Position numbers and translations under genes: made by a program
DNA from: a virus
Strand: one strand, 5' to 3'
IMG/VR virus record: IMGVR_UViG_3300042691_016420
Location: 24,669 to 88,668 of that record
DNA: 64,000 nucleotides
The notes under the pieces: generated by a model
Told to the model about the DNA's origin: nothing
The model's input: the letters and a program-made list of their open reading frames with translations, nothing else
The model's database searches: none
Part shown: positions 9,048-20,770 of the stretch, piece by piece
Layout of the letters: every line of letters starts with the position of its first letter
Position numbering within the stretch: the stretch's first letter is position 1

Positions 9048-12000
9048 TTATCCTTTACAAATATCCATTATTAGTGTTGATTTTCTCTCAGGAGAAAGGT
9101 CCATAAGTTCTTCTACGGAATTAATACCTATATTTCCTAAGAGATCTTTATACTGTTCAAAGTTACTTGAAATTTCATTAATAACATCATTTTCTAAGTT
9201 AGTCTCAACTATAGGTTTAAATTTACCAAATTTTTTCTCCATATCTTTAGCTATTGCCTTTAACTCCTCATCCTCTTCAGCTTGCTTTCTAGCTTCCTGA
9301 GCTTTAATTAAAGCATCAGCATCTGCTTCTGGATTATTAAAGGTTTCTTCAGCAGATACTACAGGAGGCTCATTTAATTGTACAGGAGGATTAGAGACAG
9401 CATTATCTTCTTTTTCATTCTCTACTCCAGAATATGGGGCATCATTAAAGTCACCAAATTCTCCATAAGGATCATATCTTTCTGGAATATTATTATATGC
9501 TCCTTGTCTATACTCAGGTTCTTCAGGAAGAATGTCTGAGTAAGATGCTCCTGTAAATCCTCTAGATTCCTCCTTAGGCAAAGTTTTAATAGCATTTTCT
9601 GCTTTCTCCTTAAATACATTATAAGGATATTGTCTCATCATTGCACTAGGAAGATAACCATTATTAATTACCTTAAGTCTTTTATAAACTATTCTATTAA
9701 CAGGTATCTTATTCTCAGTTAAAGATTCTACCTTACTTTCATACACCTCCTTAACAAAGATAGCTTTCTTATCATTTATAACAGTACTAAATACTAAAGG
9801 AGAAATAATCTCATAAGGATTAACAGAAGGATCTACCTCAACTACATAAGTATCCTTATCACTAGCAAAAGGAGTTAGCTCTACAAAATCTTGTTCCTGA
9901 GGTTTATAAAGAAACTTACTATTCTCAAGATCTTTAATATGTCTTGCATTTCTATTATCACTGAAGAAGTACTTAGCAAAGTTTCCAATTAAGGAAGTAT
10001 AGTTATCATAGTTTGTATGATAGACAAGTTTCTGTCTTACAGTCTTAGGTTCAGGAACATTGATGCCTCTTTGCTTAAGATATTGTATATCCCTCAGTTC
10101 TTCAATACTTAAATCAGATTCTTTAAGCTCTCTGATAATGGGCTCAACATACTCAGTGTACATTGAGTTATATGTTCCAAAATACTCAGCTCTAATCTTA
10201 CTTACTACTGAGCCCTGCAGGTATCTATAATTATCATGTACAGCAATATGAGCAAGAACCTGATAGGCAAAGTTTTTAATATCAGCATCTTCTGAGTAGA
10301 CCATCATATCAAAGCTATCTACAATACTTTGTTCTTGAGCAGGAGATAAGTTCTCAAATGTATCTATACCAATTCTTTTAAATGGATACTTAGGTGTTTG
10401 TGGTTTTTCCTCAAACATTTTACCTATTGTAAAGGCTCCTAGTCTATTCTTAACTTTCTCATAAGCCTCAGTAAGAGCTTTACCAGTAACTATATCATCA
10501 CTGTATAAATCTATTCCCCCAAGTACATTTCTCTCCTTATGTTTGCTAAAGAAGATATTAATACCCAAGAAATCTATAAACTCCTTATTAAGGGAGGCTT
10601 GGAACTTCTTACTTAGGTAATCATTTCCTTCCTTATCTGTACTCCTAAGAATAGAGCTAGTTAAGGAACTTGTATTTTTATGATAGGAGATAAGTTTATT
10701 ACCAATCTTATTACTCAATTTTGTAGAGATATCATTAACTCCCTCAATAAAGACATTGCTGGTAATATTGCTAGAATTAAATGAGAAAGTTTTTATTGTA
10801 TTACCATCACTATCAGTTTCTTCATATGCAATATTCTCATATGCAGAAAGAAGCTTATCTATCTCAAACCCTTCTTTACCAATATTCTTATTAAAGTTAA
10901 GAAGAGTATTTATCTGATAGGCATCTTTAGTAATCTTACTAACCTCATTATAAAGAGAAGCTACTGTATACTGAACATTCATTCTATGCTTATCTTCATC
11001 TGAGAGATTACTGAAATCTTTCTCTCCCATTAAGTTCTCAATCCTCTTATTATCATCCCATGTAGAGATACTATCAACAAGATCAGCATCTGTAAGAGTA
11101 ATTTCCTCAGCACCTTTAGCTGCAAGAGATTGCATAAACTCCTCAATAACTTTAGGATTATCTCTGAACTCCTGGTACTCATATATGCTCTTGCTAGGTA
11201 CACTTAAGAGAGAGGCTATCTTTCTGGCAGCTGGAGTTTGTAGGATACCTGAGATTCTATTTATACCCATACCTAACATTGCCATAGTAGATATCTCAGA
11301 GATATTACTATCAGTGATATTAAAGAGAACTAGAGTTTGATCTTTAGCATTATCCACAGTAATGGATACCATGTTAGAGAGAGTATTAAATTTGAGGACA
11401 TTCTCAGTCTTAGTTATAAAACCAATCTTGCCATCTTGCATTATAAAATCAAAATCTTGCTCTAGTTCTGAGGAAGTATCATACTCTAAGTTTGCATACA
11501 AACTCTTCAGTCTTGCAACTAATCCACTATTAAGAGAAACACCATTCTTCTGCAAGAAAGCTGCTACCTTATTTATATTAGCTGCGCCTCCAATAGCCTT
11601 ACTACCTGTAGAGATCTTTCTATACTCATTAAGCATAGTATCTTGTCCAGAGTATACAACATATTTCTGAGCTTCTTTTTTAGAGTTTGGATAACCAGCT
11701 TCTAAGAAATAAGCAGGTTTATTTTCTTTTTTATCCCCACTATAAATTTCCTTCATGAAATCTTTAGCAGGAGTATTAATAAGCCTTACACCCTCTGGAG
11801 AAGTAAGGAGTTGCATTCTAAGTTCCAGCAATCTATTAAAGTTACTTTCTGGAATTATAGAATTAACTGTTTTGCTTCCATCAGGATTCTTGTAATCCTT
11901 TAGATAACCTGTAAGAATTGCTCTTCTATCTGGGTTATCCTTATCTCTAATTAGAGTAATAGCCTCAGTAGTAGATCTTCTATTTACTTCTTCTAAAAGA

Positions 12001-15000
12001 TCTTTTTGATATTGTATATCATTGTTTATAGCTTCTAGTTCCTTAAGCAAGGAATCTTTTTCAGCATAAAACTTATCTTTCTCAGCAGGAGAAGCTTCTT
12101 TAATATTAGCATTTGCACTCCTTAAATCTGAGAGTTGTTTACTAAATGAGTATTTACCTTTTCTTAAGTTTACTATTTGAGCAGAGATTCTTTCCCTCTC
12201 CTCAACATTTAAGTTAGAGGCTATCTCCTTAACTATTTTATTAGTGCCAATAGATTTCTCAAAAGAGTAAGGATCTTCACCAAATAATTTAAACTTCTTT
12301 TTACCATTCTCAACAGTATGGAATACACTAGGCTTATGGATATATAAACTATCCACGTCATAGTCAGCACCTGAGATTTTAGTAATTTCTGCAGGAGCTA
12401 TAATTGTACTACCATAACTAGCAGGAAGTACATCTACAATCTTAATAGCAATCATAGAGTGTTGAGCCTGTGTAGGAATCCTGTAACCTACTGCTGTAGA
12501 TAACTTCTCAAACAAGGCAGGATCATCTTTCTTGAGAGCATTCCACTCAGAAATTTTGAATCCCATCTGATTGATGTATTCCTCAGAGACAATAACCTCA
12601 GCATAAGGCTTCTCCTCTGTAGGCCAAGCAAGTCTTCTGGTAGAACACTTTTGCTTTTCTTCCTTAGAAAGCTCATTATACTCATAAGTACTAATAGGCT
12701 CATTGTTATACATTATAACTCCCTTAGTTAAGGAAGTTAAGAGAGTACACTTATTACCAGGAACTTTATGAGAAGCAATGTTGTTGTTATAGTAAGACAT
12801 AACATACTGCTCAAACTTGTTCTTAATCATAGGCATATTAGGAGATACTTTCATAGTTCCTGTAATAGGATCTGTCTCAAAGAACTCCATTATTCTATCA
12901 CTAAGAGCAGAACTTTGCATAGCAGCTTTAACATACTCCATGAAAGGATCATGTGTAACTCCATCAACAGTTGCTACTAACTCCTTACCAAAGAACTCAT
13001 AACCATACTGCTTAATCTCAGAAACTAAGACATCCATTTCTCTGGTAATATCCTTAGATAAATTTCCAGAGAAGTAAGCATCAATAAGTTGTAGTAACTG
13101 AGTACCATCTTTAATTTTCTCTTTACCAGATGGGTTTTCTTGCTGAAGTCTGTAATCCTTATAATCAAAGGATAAAGTCTTTCCTGCAAAACTCTCAGCA
13201 GTTACATCTACTATACTATTAACATTCTTCTTAATTGCAGACTCTGCAAAGATAGCTTGTGGACCATCTGGTTGCTGCATCTCATTAAGCATCTTCCAGC
13301 TATCAACAGAGGAAGGTAGAGGGAGGTAATATTTACCATTAACCTCATCCTTTACTGCAGTATAAGATTTATCATTGATGGTAATAGTATCTCCTTTTTC
13401 TGCAAGCTGTGAGGTAGCATATCTTGTAAGAGTTGCTACAGCAGTCTTAATGTAATACTCTTCTCCATAACCAACAGTCTTATCAATCTTAAGAAGAGCA
13501 TCATCATCCTGATGAGCATCTATATAATCTCTATCATCCTCCAAGTAAGCTTTGAGTAAAAGATAGTTCTCATACTTTCTATCACTAACCCCACTGGTAG
13601 ATTTATCTGTTGGAGATATTACTCCTTGTCTAATATATCTATTAATTCTCTCAGAGATACTCTCAAATCCAGCAGCATCTGTAGAGTTAGCTCCCTCAAT
13701 ATCAATATCCTTAATTACACCAAACTTAAAGGTTCCTTCTCCATGATTAGGACCAGAAGCAAGTAGACCTGCACCCCTCTTAGTAATATCTACATACCCC
13801 TTAAATTGTGCAAGATTAGGACTAACCTGTGATAGAATTCTACTCCTATTCATATACTGATTAATCAGGAAGTTTCTAAGGAACTTATCTGCCTCTACTT
13901 GTTTAAGATCTTTATTGTTAGTAATTTCCTTTAAAAACTTCATCTTATCAAGATTAAAATCCTTAAAGTACTCATTCATATTCTCAGTTTGCTTTGAGAG
14001 CATTCTCTCAAAATCTTCTTCAGTAATAGGATTCTGAGATATAGTCTTCTCATTAGCATATGGAAGATTAGTATACTGGAAACCTCTTGGAAGTTGATCT
14101 CTTGTAATATCATCTTTTCTAAATCTCTCAACAAGTGAGAGAGTATATTCTTTTGGAGATAATTTTTCCTCAGGATCTTCAACAGTATGATACCCATCAA
14201 TTAATTGAGATTCTGCAGCTTTCTTAAGAGTTTCAAATGTCTCATCAATTCTAACAGCCTGTCTATCTACCTCAGCATTTAAGTACTTAAGAGTATCCTC
14301 TATAGGGTTAGCTGCATAATTATATCCTTGGAAAATAAAGTTAGTACTCTTACTCTCAAACTGTTGAATGAAGAAGTATGGAGTAAATTCTTTAGTACCA
14401 TCACTCTTAGTATAAGAGTTATTGTATATATTAAAGGTTGTATATAGTAAACTTCTAGGATCTAATTTAGAGTAAGTATAAGCATTATCTCCAAACTCAG
14501 AACCTGAGAATGTACCAAACCTTAAGTTTGGAGGATTACCTTTATCCTCTGCCTTCTTCTTCTCACTTCTAGTATCTAACTCTGGAAGATAAATCTTAGA
14601 AAGTTTTTCTAGTAAGAATGAGTTACTGATAATAGAGTACTGAGTTTTATCTTCAGCATTCTTATAATTAAGTTCTCCTATATCCAGTCTCTTAGTAAGA
14701 TTTATAGCAGCAAGTTCCTCAAGTACAGATCTAGTCTTTTCTGTAGAGAAAACTTTATTAAAGTCTTTATCCTCAAGACTGCCCTTAATAATCTTATAAA
14801 GTTTATCAAAGACAGGTTGAGCTTCAGGATCTGTATAAACATCATCTTGGATAGTAATACCAAGAGCTTTACCCATATCTCTATTCTCCTTAATACTCTG
14901 ATCAATTTGTTTACCAAACCCCTCATTTTTCCAGAGGTCCATTTGGTTTTTAACATGATCTTTCTTATTAACTTGAATTACCTTAGCCCCCTTAGTTCTT

Positions 15001-18000
15001 GTATTAAGGGTGTCAACCATTTGGAAGGATAAAGTAAATCTCTTATCAAATGCTGTATTAAAGATATTTTTAAAAGTCTCATTAGTAGTGTACATATTAT
15101 ACACTTGCTCCATAGACTTGGCAAAGTGAGATTTATCTACACTCTCACTCTCAACTCTAGCAAGCTTAGCTAAGATAGCCTCATAGTTCTCAGGATCCTG
15201 ATTACTCAAGGTAAAGAGCAAGTTGTTAATAATACCTCTCTCATCTAAGAATACTGGTCTATCTAAATCAAAGTAGTATAGTCCAGATATCATATTAGCC
15301 AAATCTCTTGTAGAAGTTTCAGTAATTGGATTTCTAGATTGCACACTCTCATTGTGCATAGTATCCTTCTCATTCTCAGGATCTACTTCCTCATAAGTTT
15401 CCTTAAAGTTTCCTACTCTAATTACTTCCTCAGTAATCATCTTAATGTTTGAGGTAGCAAATATTGCAGGGAATACTAAGCCATTCTCTTTTACAAAAGT
15501 TCTCTCTATAAGAGATCTAAAGTTATTATATTGTTCTTGAGCTATAACTTTATTTTCATCAGTAGTTAAAGGGCTCTCAAGAATTTCTTTTAATCTTCTG
15601 GCCTCAACTATAGCTCCCTGATTAGCATACTTTCTAAGTATATTAATGTAATATCTTACAAAACCTTGTAGAGTGTTTCCTGCATCTTTAAGTTCTTGGA
15701 AATTTTCTAAGAGTACAGGATTATGCCTATCAGCATACATATGGATAAGTTCCTTAACAAGCTGTGTAGATTCTGATTCTGTCCTACTTCCAGGAATAAC
15801 TTTATACTTAGCATCTACAACCTTAGGTTGAGTACCAACAATAGTCTTCTTCTTAAATTTGCCCTTAGTAGCATCTCTAAAGAAAGCCTCAAAAGAAGGC
15901 TCTTCTACAATACCACCCATAAGATTTACAAGTCTTTTAGCTTTAGTAAAGAACCCTTCAAGTATTACAGGCTTCTTACCCTCTACCATGAACTCTTGGA
16001 AGTGATCTGCAATCTTCTCCTCAAGGATAGTTTTTACAATCCAATCCTTACCTACAGTCTTTAAGAAGTTAGCATGACCCCTATCCTCATAAATCTTAAT
16101 GAGTTCCATAAACTCCTCATTAGTAACACCCCACTTATTACCAGCAATTCTAAGCAATCTATCCTGCTCAGCTTGTGGAAGTAAGGAAAAAATACCATGG
16201 AAAGCTTCATGCCACTGAGTACCCTTAGGAACAAATCTATTTAAGTAGATAATACCATCTCTGAATTCTCCATAGTTTTGAGTATTACCTTCCTTATAAA
16301 ACTCTACCTTAATTCCTGTAAAATTCTCAATCTCTCTAGCAACCTCATCTGAGATTTCTTCTAGATTAGAGTTATCCATTATAGGTTTAAAAGTAGGCTT
16401 CTTAGTAGTAGGATCTGCAAGACCGTCTGGAATATCAAAATCATCTAAAGAAGGATCTACATCTGGTATATTATCCCCAAGTCCAAAATCAGAAAGAGTA
16501 GCATTGCTTGTACTACCAAACATTGCTAACTCATCAATAGCTGCTTTATTCTCATTATAGAACTTTAACTCTTCTCCAGTTAAACCATAACTTGTATCTA
16601 AAGGGTGTGATTTAGAGTTAAGTATTTTATTAAGTATATATTCTTCTTTTTGAGTTCTATTTAAGGAAGCAAAGTTAGATGCAGGAGCAACTTGTTTTAA
16701 TTCTTTAAGAGCTCTGTAGTTAATGATGTTTTCATATTCACCTATAGTATTTGCACCAGAATCTTCAAAAGATAATAAGCTATGTTGAAACTCATGCTCA
16801 ATTACAAAATTTTCCCATTCCTCATATGTTTTAAAGGAGTCTTCAGGAAGAGCTTGAGCATAATATCCATCTTTTTGTTTACGAGGTTTAGTCCAAGCTT
16901 TCTCATCAAATTTCTTCTTAAGAAGTTCTCTATTTATTAGTATCTTATTCTCAGCACGATTATACTGAGCAGCACCAGGTTCTCCTGTAGCTGTTGTAAT
17001 AGAGGAACTATCAATAATTTGAATACCCTTATAAGTTTTAGAAGGTGTTTCTACAGGAGCAGCAGTTTTCTTGCTAGGAGTTAATTGGTTAGCAGGAAAA
17101 AGTCTATCTTGATTTTTAGATTTTACAATATTTCCATTAGCATCTGCTAAGGTATAAAATGGAATTCCTCCAGGAACTACTTTAGCAATAGTATGTGGAG
17201 CACCATTCCAAATAACAGGATCTCCTACATTATATACATTCTCAGAGTTAGCTGGAAATTCTTGCTCACCGGCAGTATATTTCTCAGAAACTTGATTGGT
17301 ATTCTCATCTAAGAAATCTCTATGCTCAAATCTAAAGTATGTTTTCCATATAGCAGGACTAACATTAGTTACAAGATAATCCTTTAAGAAATCTTCATCT
17401 TGTGCTTCCTCAGAAGCTTTATATATTCTTCTCTTAGCAAGAGAAGAGATAGCATTCTCTGGTGAAGTAAATGTTCCAAAAGCAGTCTTTAAATCAAATG
17501 TAACTCCAATAGGTTTACCATCTAATCCAAGTTTAGGAGCTGCAATTACTGCAATCTTATTAGTCTTAGTATGATAGAATCTAATGTGGATAGGAATATC
17601 TTCTTGTCCTACTTTAACAGTTTTATTAGTAGCAAGGAAAATATTTTTATTTAAGGTATTAACTAACTCTGCAACTTCAGTTCTATCAAAAGCTTTAGGG
17701 TCAGCATTAATTTTAGTTACCTGCTCAATATACTTTTGTTTCTCAGATGTAGGTAAATCTGCCCCCTTTAATCCAATAAATTGATAATTATTACTATCAG
17801 GTCTCTTAACAAGGATAGCATACTGTGTACCAAGAGATGCAGCTACATTAGGTTTACTTAAAGCTTCTTGTATTAAATCAATATTTGCTCTATTATTAAC
17901 ACTATCAATAGCAGCATAATTACCATTATCATTCTGTACAATAACATACTCTCCATTAATTTGCCATCTCTTGGAGTAAGGAGAATTCATAATCTCTGCA

Positions 18001-20759
18001 AGAGATACTGGTGCATCTCCAGAGATAATTTCTGAACGTAACTTAAGATGTTTAGTAATATCAGTATCTCCCTTTCTATCAATAAGTTTTCTCCAACCAT
18101 TAATAACATCCATGAAAACATTCCTACCTTCTTTATTAGGAATTTGTTTTCTTTGACCTTGCTCAGTTTGAGAATATGAATCTATAAACTTATCAATAGT
18201 TCCATGATTAACTTTAGATTGCTTACTGTCATTTCCAGGTTTAGTATTCCTGTTTAAGAAGTAACCTATATGAGTTTCTTTACCTCCAGTTTTCTCTATA
18301 GCATAGAGATTTTTCTGTCCCCTCTCATCTCTTACTACAAACCTATGAGTTTCCCCAATCCTTTTCATATTGTCAATGAGAGCATCAACAACTTCTCTGG
18401 ATTTATCAGCATTAGCTTTCTCTAAGGGAGTAGTTTCTTTACCCTTCTCAACTTTATAATCAAAGAGATCTCTATTAAGCTTAGGTTGAAAATCAGTCCA
18501 GTTACCATACTCAGAGTTAGGGTCTGTTGGATCATATACAAAAGATTGTCCTCTAAAGTTTCCTGCAGCAGGTCTATCTAATGCATCTCTACCTAGAGAT
18601 ACTTTCTCAGGGTCTGGATCTTGAAATTCTTCATCATAATGTTCAGTCTTCTCAATACCTATAGCACCGGCATCTCTCTCATCTGGATCAAAGATTACAG
18701 GACCTTGTGGAGTAGCACCTCTTACAGTACCATCAGGAAGTTCTCCTTCTACTACTACTTTCTTACCATCAACAATAACTACACTACCTTTCTCAGTAGG
18801 ATTATTAGTTGGGTTAGTTTCTGCCTTAACTTCTGGTTTCTCCTTATCAGCCTTCTCTACTTCCTTCTCAGCTTTCTCATTCTTCTTCTTATCCTCAAGT
18901 TTTTCTTGAGTGGCAGCTATAGAAGTAAGTGCTCTTAATTTCTCATTAGCTTTTTCTCTATCCTTAATAAGAAACCCTAAATCACTCATTAGAATTTCCC
19001 TCTCAAGAGGATTCTCCTCAGCAGCTAACTTAGTTTGTAATTCTCTTATTCTTTTATCATAAGTAGCGGCATCAGATACTGTCTTAATAATTTCCGCCCT
19101 AAATGGATTCTTTCCATAAACAGCATCTGTCTTATCAGTAATATCCTGAATTCTTTTAGCAGAATCTATTAGCTCCTGTACAGTCTTATCTTTCTTAACT
19201 CTATTATAAGATGTAGCAAATAACTCATTAAAGGTTCCCTCATCCATTCTCTTAAAATCATCAAGATCATCCATAAGATCTCCAAATCTTCCAGACTGTA
19301 TTCTACTATTTACATAGTTATAGAAAGCCTCATCCTGTGCACTTCTAAAGAGATACTTGGAAGAAGATTCTGCAACCCTCTCACTCAAGTCCCCCTTATT
19401 AGTTTGAATGGCATCATTAGTATGCTGAATGATGGGGGCAATAGATTCTTTAGCCATATACTTATTAAGCAACTCTATACCCATCTTATTGAGTTTACCT
19501 TGCTCAATACCACTAGCTACTGAAGATGGCCCACCTAGCATAGCACCAATTACCATACTTTCCTGACCTTCCTTACTACCAAAAGTTTCTTCTAAACCTT
19601 TAATGGTAGCTTGTATATAATCTCCAAATCCTCTTTGAGAAGATTGTAATTCTCTATCTGTTAAAGTTTTCTCAGTAAGAAACTGTCCAGCTTCCTGGAA
19701 TGATTCTGCAAAAGCATTACCTCCATAATTCTTAACTAAGGATATACCTTTACTAATTCCAGTAAGAGGTTTATACATTCCTGTAGCAGTATCTCTTGTA
19801 GCATCAATAGCTCTTCTAGTTTCCTTATAACCTTTAAAGAATCTGCTATATCCAATACCGTCAATATTTAAGAGAGCCATGTTAATACCAAAAGCAGTAT
19901 TAGCATACTTATTAGCTTCTTTCTCCCACTCAAGTTTAGTAACCTCATCAGCTACAGCATTTTCACCATACTGTAACTTAAAGTCTTTCTCCATGTTAGC
20001 AATATATTCTTCCCTAACACCTCTGGCTTCTACACCAGCCTCATACATATTACTAACTGCTCTCTGAGTTTGAAATTGAGCAGCATTTTTAAATTTAGTA
20101 CTAGTAAGAACACTCTTTACTTTATTAGCAAAGTTAGCATCCTTACCTACCTCAGCAGCAAGACCTGCCAGTTGTTCAGCCTCAGTAGCTGCAGTTACAG
20201 CTTTAGAGAGTCTTGTTGCAGTTAAGGCAGTTCTACCAAGTGCTCCTAAACCTTTTAAGAAAAGTCCTGTACCCATACCTCCAAGCATTGCACCTGCTAC
20301 AAATCCTCCCCCTTCACCTAAGGCATTGCCCCAGAAACCTGCACTACCTAATACAGTACCAATATCAGAAGAGAAAAACTTAGCTTTTTTCTCAGACTCA
20401 GTATCATAGAATGGAGTACTGCTAACTAAAGCCTCATCTGCTTTCTTAAATATTTTACTTAAGTCATTCTCATATAAACTTGAGAAACTTCTATTCTTAA
20501 TAGCAGCAATACTACCATAGCTAAGCATGCCAAAAGTTTCTGCTGCAGATAATGTTGCTCTACCAAGAAACCTACCTAGGATATTACCAGTAACATCCAT
20601 CATTCCTTGCTCTTGAGCAAGTACATTCTCAACAGATTCACCAGGAGCTATTGGTCTCTCATATTGAGAACCCTCAAATCCTGTGTAAACTCCTGTTGGT
20701 GTATGTGGTACTACTGGAAATCCTCCAGAGCTAAAAGTAGGTGATATTTTTTTTGCCAT
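9048..20759 (-). CDS. Virion-packaged crAss-type DNA-dependent RNA polymerase (polyvalent giant protein)
   Basis: 3903 aa. YRIPTQ and GADYDVD (DxDxD metal-binding motif at 12351-12365; phi14:2 gp66 has DFDID). Two HExxH zincin motifs. Canonical crAss position. Confidence 0.9.
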   Translation of the reverse strand: MAKKISPTFSSGGFPVVPHTPTGVYTGFEGSQYERPIAPGESVENVLAQEQGMMDVTGNILGRFLGRATLSAAETFGMLSYGSIAAIKNRSFSSLYENDLSKIFKKADEALVSSTPFYDTESEKKAKFFSSDIGTVLGSAGFWGNALGEGGGFVAGAMLGGMGTGLFLKGLGALGRTALTATRLSKAVTAATEAEQLAGLAAEVGKDANFANKVKSVLTSTKFKNAAQFQTQRAVSNMYEAGVEARGVREEYIANMEKDFKLQYGENAVADEVTKLEWEKEANKYANTAFGINMALLNIDGIGYSRFFKGYKETRRAIDATRDTATGMYKPLTGISKGISLVKNYGGNAFAESFQEAGQFLTEKTLTDRELQSSQRGFGDYIQATIKGLEETFGSKEGQESMVIGAMLGGPSSVASGIEQGKLNKMGIELLNKYMAKESIAPIIQHTNDAIQTNKGDLSERVAESSSKYLFRSAQDEAFYNYVNSRIQSGRFGDLMDDLDDFKRMDEGTFNELFATSYNRVKKDKTVQELIDSAKRIQDITDKTDAVYGKNPFRAEIIKTVSDAATYDKRIRELQTKLAAEENPLEREILMSDLGFLIKDREKANEKLRALTSIAATQEKLEDKKKNEKAEKEVEKADKEKPEVKAETNPTNNPTEKGSVVIVDGKKVVVEGELPDGTVRGATPQGPVIFDPDERDAGAIGIEKTEHYDEEFQDPDPEKVSLGRDALDRPAAGNFRGQSFVYDPTDPNSEYGNWTDFQPKLNRDLFDYKVEKGKETTPLEKANADKSREVVDALIDNMKRIGETHRFVVRDERGQKNLYAIEKTGGKETHIGYFLNRNTKPGNDSKQSKVNHGTIDKFIDSYSQTEQGQRKQIPNKEGRNVFMDVINGWRKLIDRKGDTDITKHLKLRSEIISGDAPVSLAEIMNSPYSKRWQINGEYVIVQNDNGNYAAIDSVNNRANIDLIQEALSKPNVAASLGTQYAILVKRPDSNNYQFIGLKGADLPTSEKQKYIEQVTKINADPKAFDRTEVAELVNTLNKNIFLATNKTVKVGQEDIPIHIRFYHTKTNKIAVIAAPKLGLDGKPIGVTFDLKTAFGTFTSPENAISSLAKRRIYKASEEAQDEDFLKDYLVTNVSPAIWKTYFRFEHRDFLDENTNQVSEKYTAGEQEFPANSENVYNVGDPVIWNGAPHTIAKVVPGGIPFYTLADANGNIVKSKNQDRLFPANQLTPSKKTAAPVETPSKTYKGIQIIDSSSITTATGEPGAAQYNRAENKILINRELLKKKFDEKAWTKPRKQKDGYYAQALPEDSFKTYEEWENFVIEHEFQHSLLSFEDSGANTIGEYENIINYRALKELKQVAPASNFASLNRTQKEEYILNKILNSKSHPLDTSYGLTGEELKFYNENKAAIDELAMFGSTSNATLSDFGLGDNIPDVDPSLDDFDIPDGLADPTTKKPTFKPIMDNSNLEEISDEVAREIENFTGIKVEFYKEGNTQNYGEFRDGIIYLNRFVPKGTQWHEAFHGIFSLLPQAEQDRLLRIAGNKWGVTNEEFMELIKIYEDRGHANFLKTVGKDWIVKTILEEKIADHFQEFMVEGKKPVILEGFFTKAKRLVNLMGGIVEEPSFEAFFRDATKGKFKKKTIVGTQPKVVDAKYKVIPGSRTESESTQLVKELIHMYADRHNPVLLENFQELKDAGNTLQGFVRYYINILRKYANQGAIVEARRLKEILESPLTTDENKVIAQEQYNNFRSLIERTFVKENGLVFPAIFATSNIKMITEEVIRVGNFKETYEEVDPENEKDTMHNESVQSRNPITETSTRDLANMISGLYYFDLDRPVFLDERGIINNLLFTLSNQDPENYEAILAKLARVESESVDKSHFAKSMEQVYNMYTTNETFKNIFNTAFDKRFTLSFQMVDTLNTRTKGAKVIQVNKKDHVKNQMDLWKNEGFGKQIDQSIKENRDMGKALGITIQDDVYTDPEAQPVFDKLYKIIKGSLEDKDFNKVFSTEKTRSVLEELAAINLTKRLDIGELNYKNAEDKTQYSIISNSFLLEKLSKIYLPELDTRSEKKKAEDKGNPPNLRFGTFSGSEFGDNAYTYSKLDPRSLLYTTFNIYNNSYTKSDGTKEFTPYFFIQQFESKSTNFIFQGYNYAANPIEDTLKYLNAEVDRQAVRIDETFETLKKAAESQLIDGYHTVEDPEEKLSPKEYTLSLVERFRKDDITRDQLPRGFQYTNLPYANEKTISQNPITEEDFERMLSKQTENMNEYFKDFNLDKMKFLKEITNNKDLKQVEADKFLRNFLINQYMNRSRILSQVSPNLAQFKGYVDITKRGAGLLASGPNHGEGTFKFGVIKDIDIEGANSTDAAGFESISERINRYIRQGVISPTDKSTSGVSDRKYENYLLLKAYLEDDRDYIDAHQDDDALLKIDKTVGYGEEYYIKTAVATLTRYATSQLAEKGDTITINDKSYTAVKDEVNGKYYLPLPSSVDSWKMLNEMQQPDGPQAIFAESAIKKNVNSIVDVTAESFAGKTLSFDYKDYRLQQENPSGKEKIKDGTQLLQLIDAYFSGNLSKDITREMDVLVSEIKQYGYEFFGKELVATVDGVTHDPFMEYVKAAMQSSALSDRIMEFFETDPITGTMKVSPNMPMIKNKFEQYVMSYYNNNIASHKVPGNKCTLLTSLTKGVIMYNNEPISTYEYNELSKEEKQKCSTRRLAWPTEEKPYAEVIVSEEYINQMGFKISEWNALKKDDPALFEKLSTAVGYRIPTQAQHSMIAIKIVDVLPASYGSTIIAPAEITKISGADYDVDSLYIHKPSVFHTVENGKKKFKLFGEDPYSFEKSIGTNKIVKEIASNLNVEERERISAQIVNLRKGKYSFSKQLSDLRSANANIKEASPAEKDKFYAEKDSLLKELEAINNDIQYQKDLLEEVNRRSTTEAITLIRDKDNPDRRAILTGYLKDYKNPDGSKTVNSIIPESNFNRLLELRMQLLTSPEGVRLINTPAKDFMKEIYSGDKKENKPAYFLEAGYPNSKKEAQKYVVYSGQDTMLNEYRKISTGSKAIGGAANINKVAAFLQKNGVSLNSGLVARLKSLYANLEYDTSSELEQDFDFIMQDGKIGFITKTENVLKFNTLSNMVSITVDNAKDQTLVLFNITDSNISEISTMAMLGMGINRISGILQTPAARKIASLLSVPSKSIYEYQEFRDNPKVIEEFMQSLAAKGAEEITLTDADLVDSISTWDDNKRIENLMGEKDFSNLSDEDKHRMNVQYTVASLYNEVSKITKDAYQINTLLNFNKNIGKEGFEIDKLLSAYENIAYEETDSDGNTIKTFSFNSSNITSNVFIEGVNDISTKLSNKIGNKLISYHKNTSSLTSSILRSTDKEGNDYLSKKFQASLNKEFIDFLGINIFFSKHKERNVLGGIDLYSDDIVTGKALTEAYEKVKNRLGAFTIGKMFEEKPQTPKYPFKRIGIDTFENLSPAQEQSIVDSFDMMVYSEDADIKNFAYQVLAHIAVHDNYRYLQGSVVSKIRAEYFGTYNSMYTEYVEPIIRELKESDLSIEELRDIQYLKQRGINVPEPKTVRQKLVYHTNYDNYTSLIGNFAKYFFSDNRNARHIKDLENSKFLYKPQEQDFVELTPFASDKDTYVVEVDPSVNPYEIISPLVFSTVINDKKAIFVKEVYESKVESLTENKIPVNRIVYKRLKVINNGYLPSAMMRQYPYNVFKEKAENAIKTLPKEESRGFTGASYSDILPEEPEYRQGAYNNIPERYDPYGEFGDFNDAPYSGVENEKEDNAVSNPPVQLNEPPVVSAEETFNNPEADADALIKAQEARKQAEEDEELKAIAKDMEKKFGKFKPIVETNLENDVINEISSNFEQYKDLLGNIGINSVEELMDLSPERKSTLIMDICKG

Positions 20760-20770
20760 AAGTTTTATTT

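Noticed and set aside
9422-14956. Short same-strand alternate-frame ORFs inside vRNAP
   Set aside because: Leu/Ile-rich products expected from T-ending codons, with no local codon shift, unlike the portal case.
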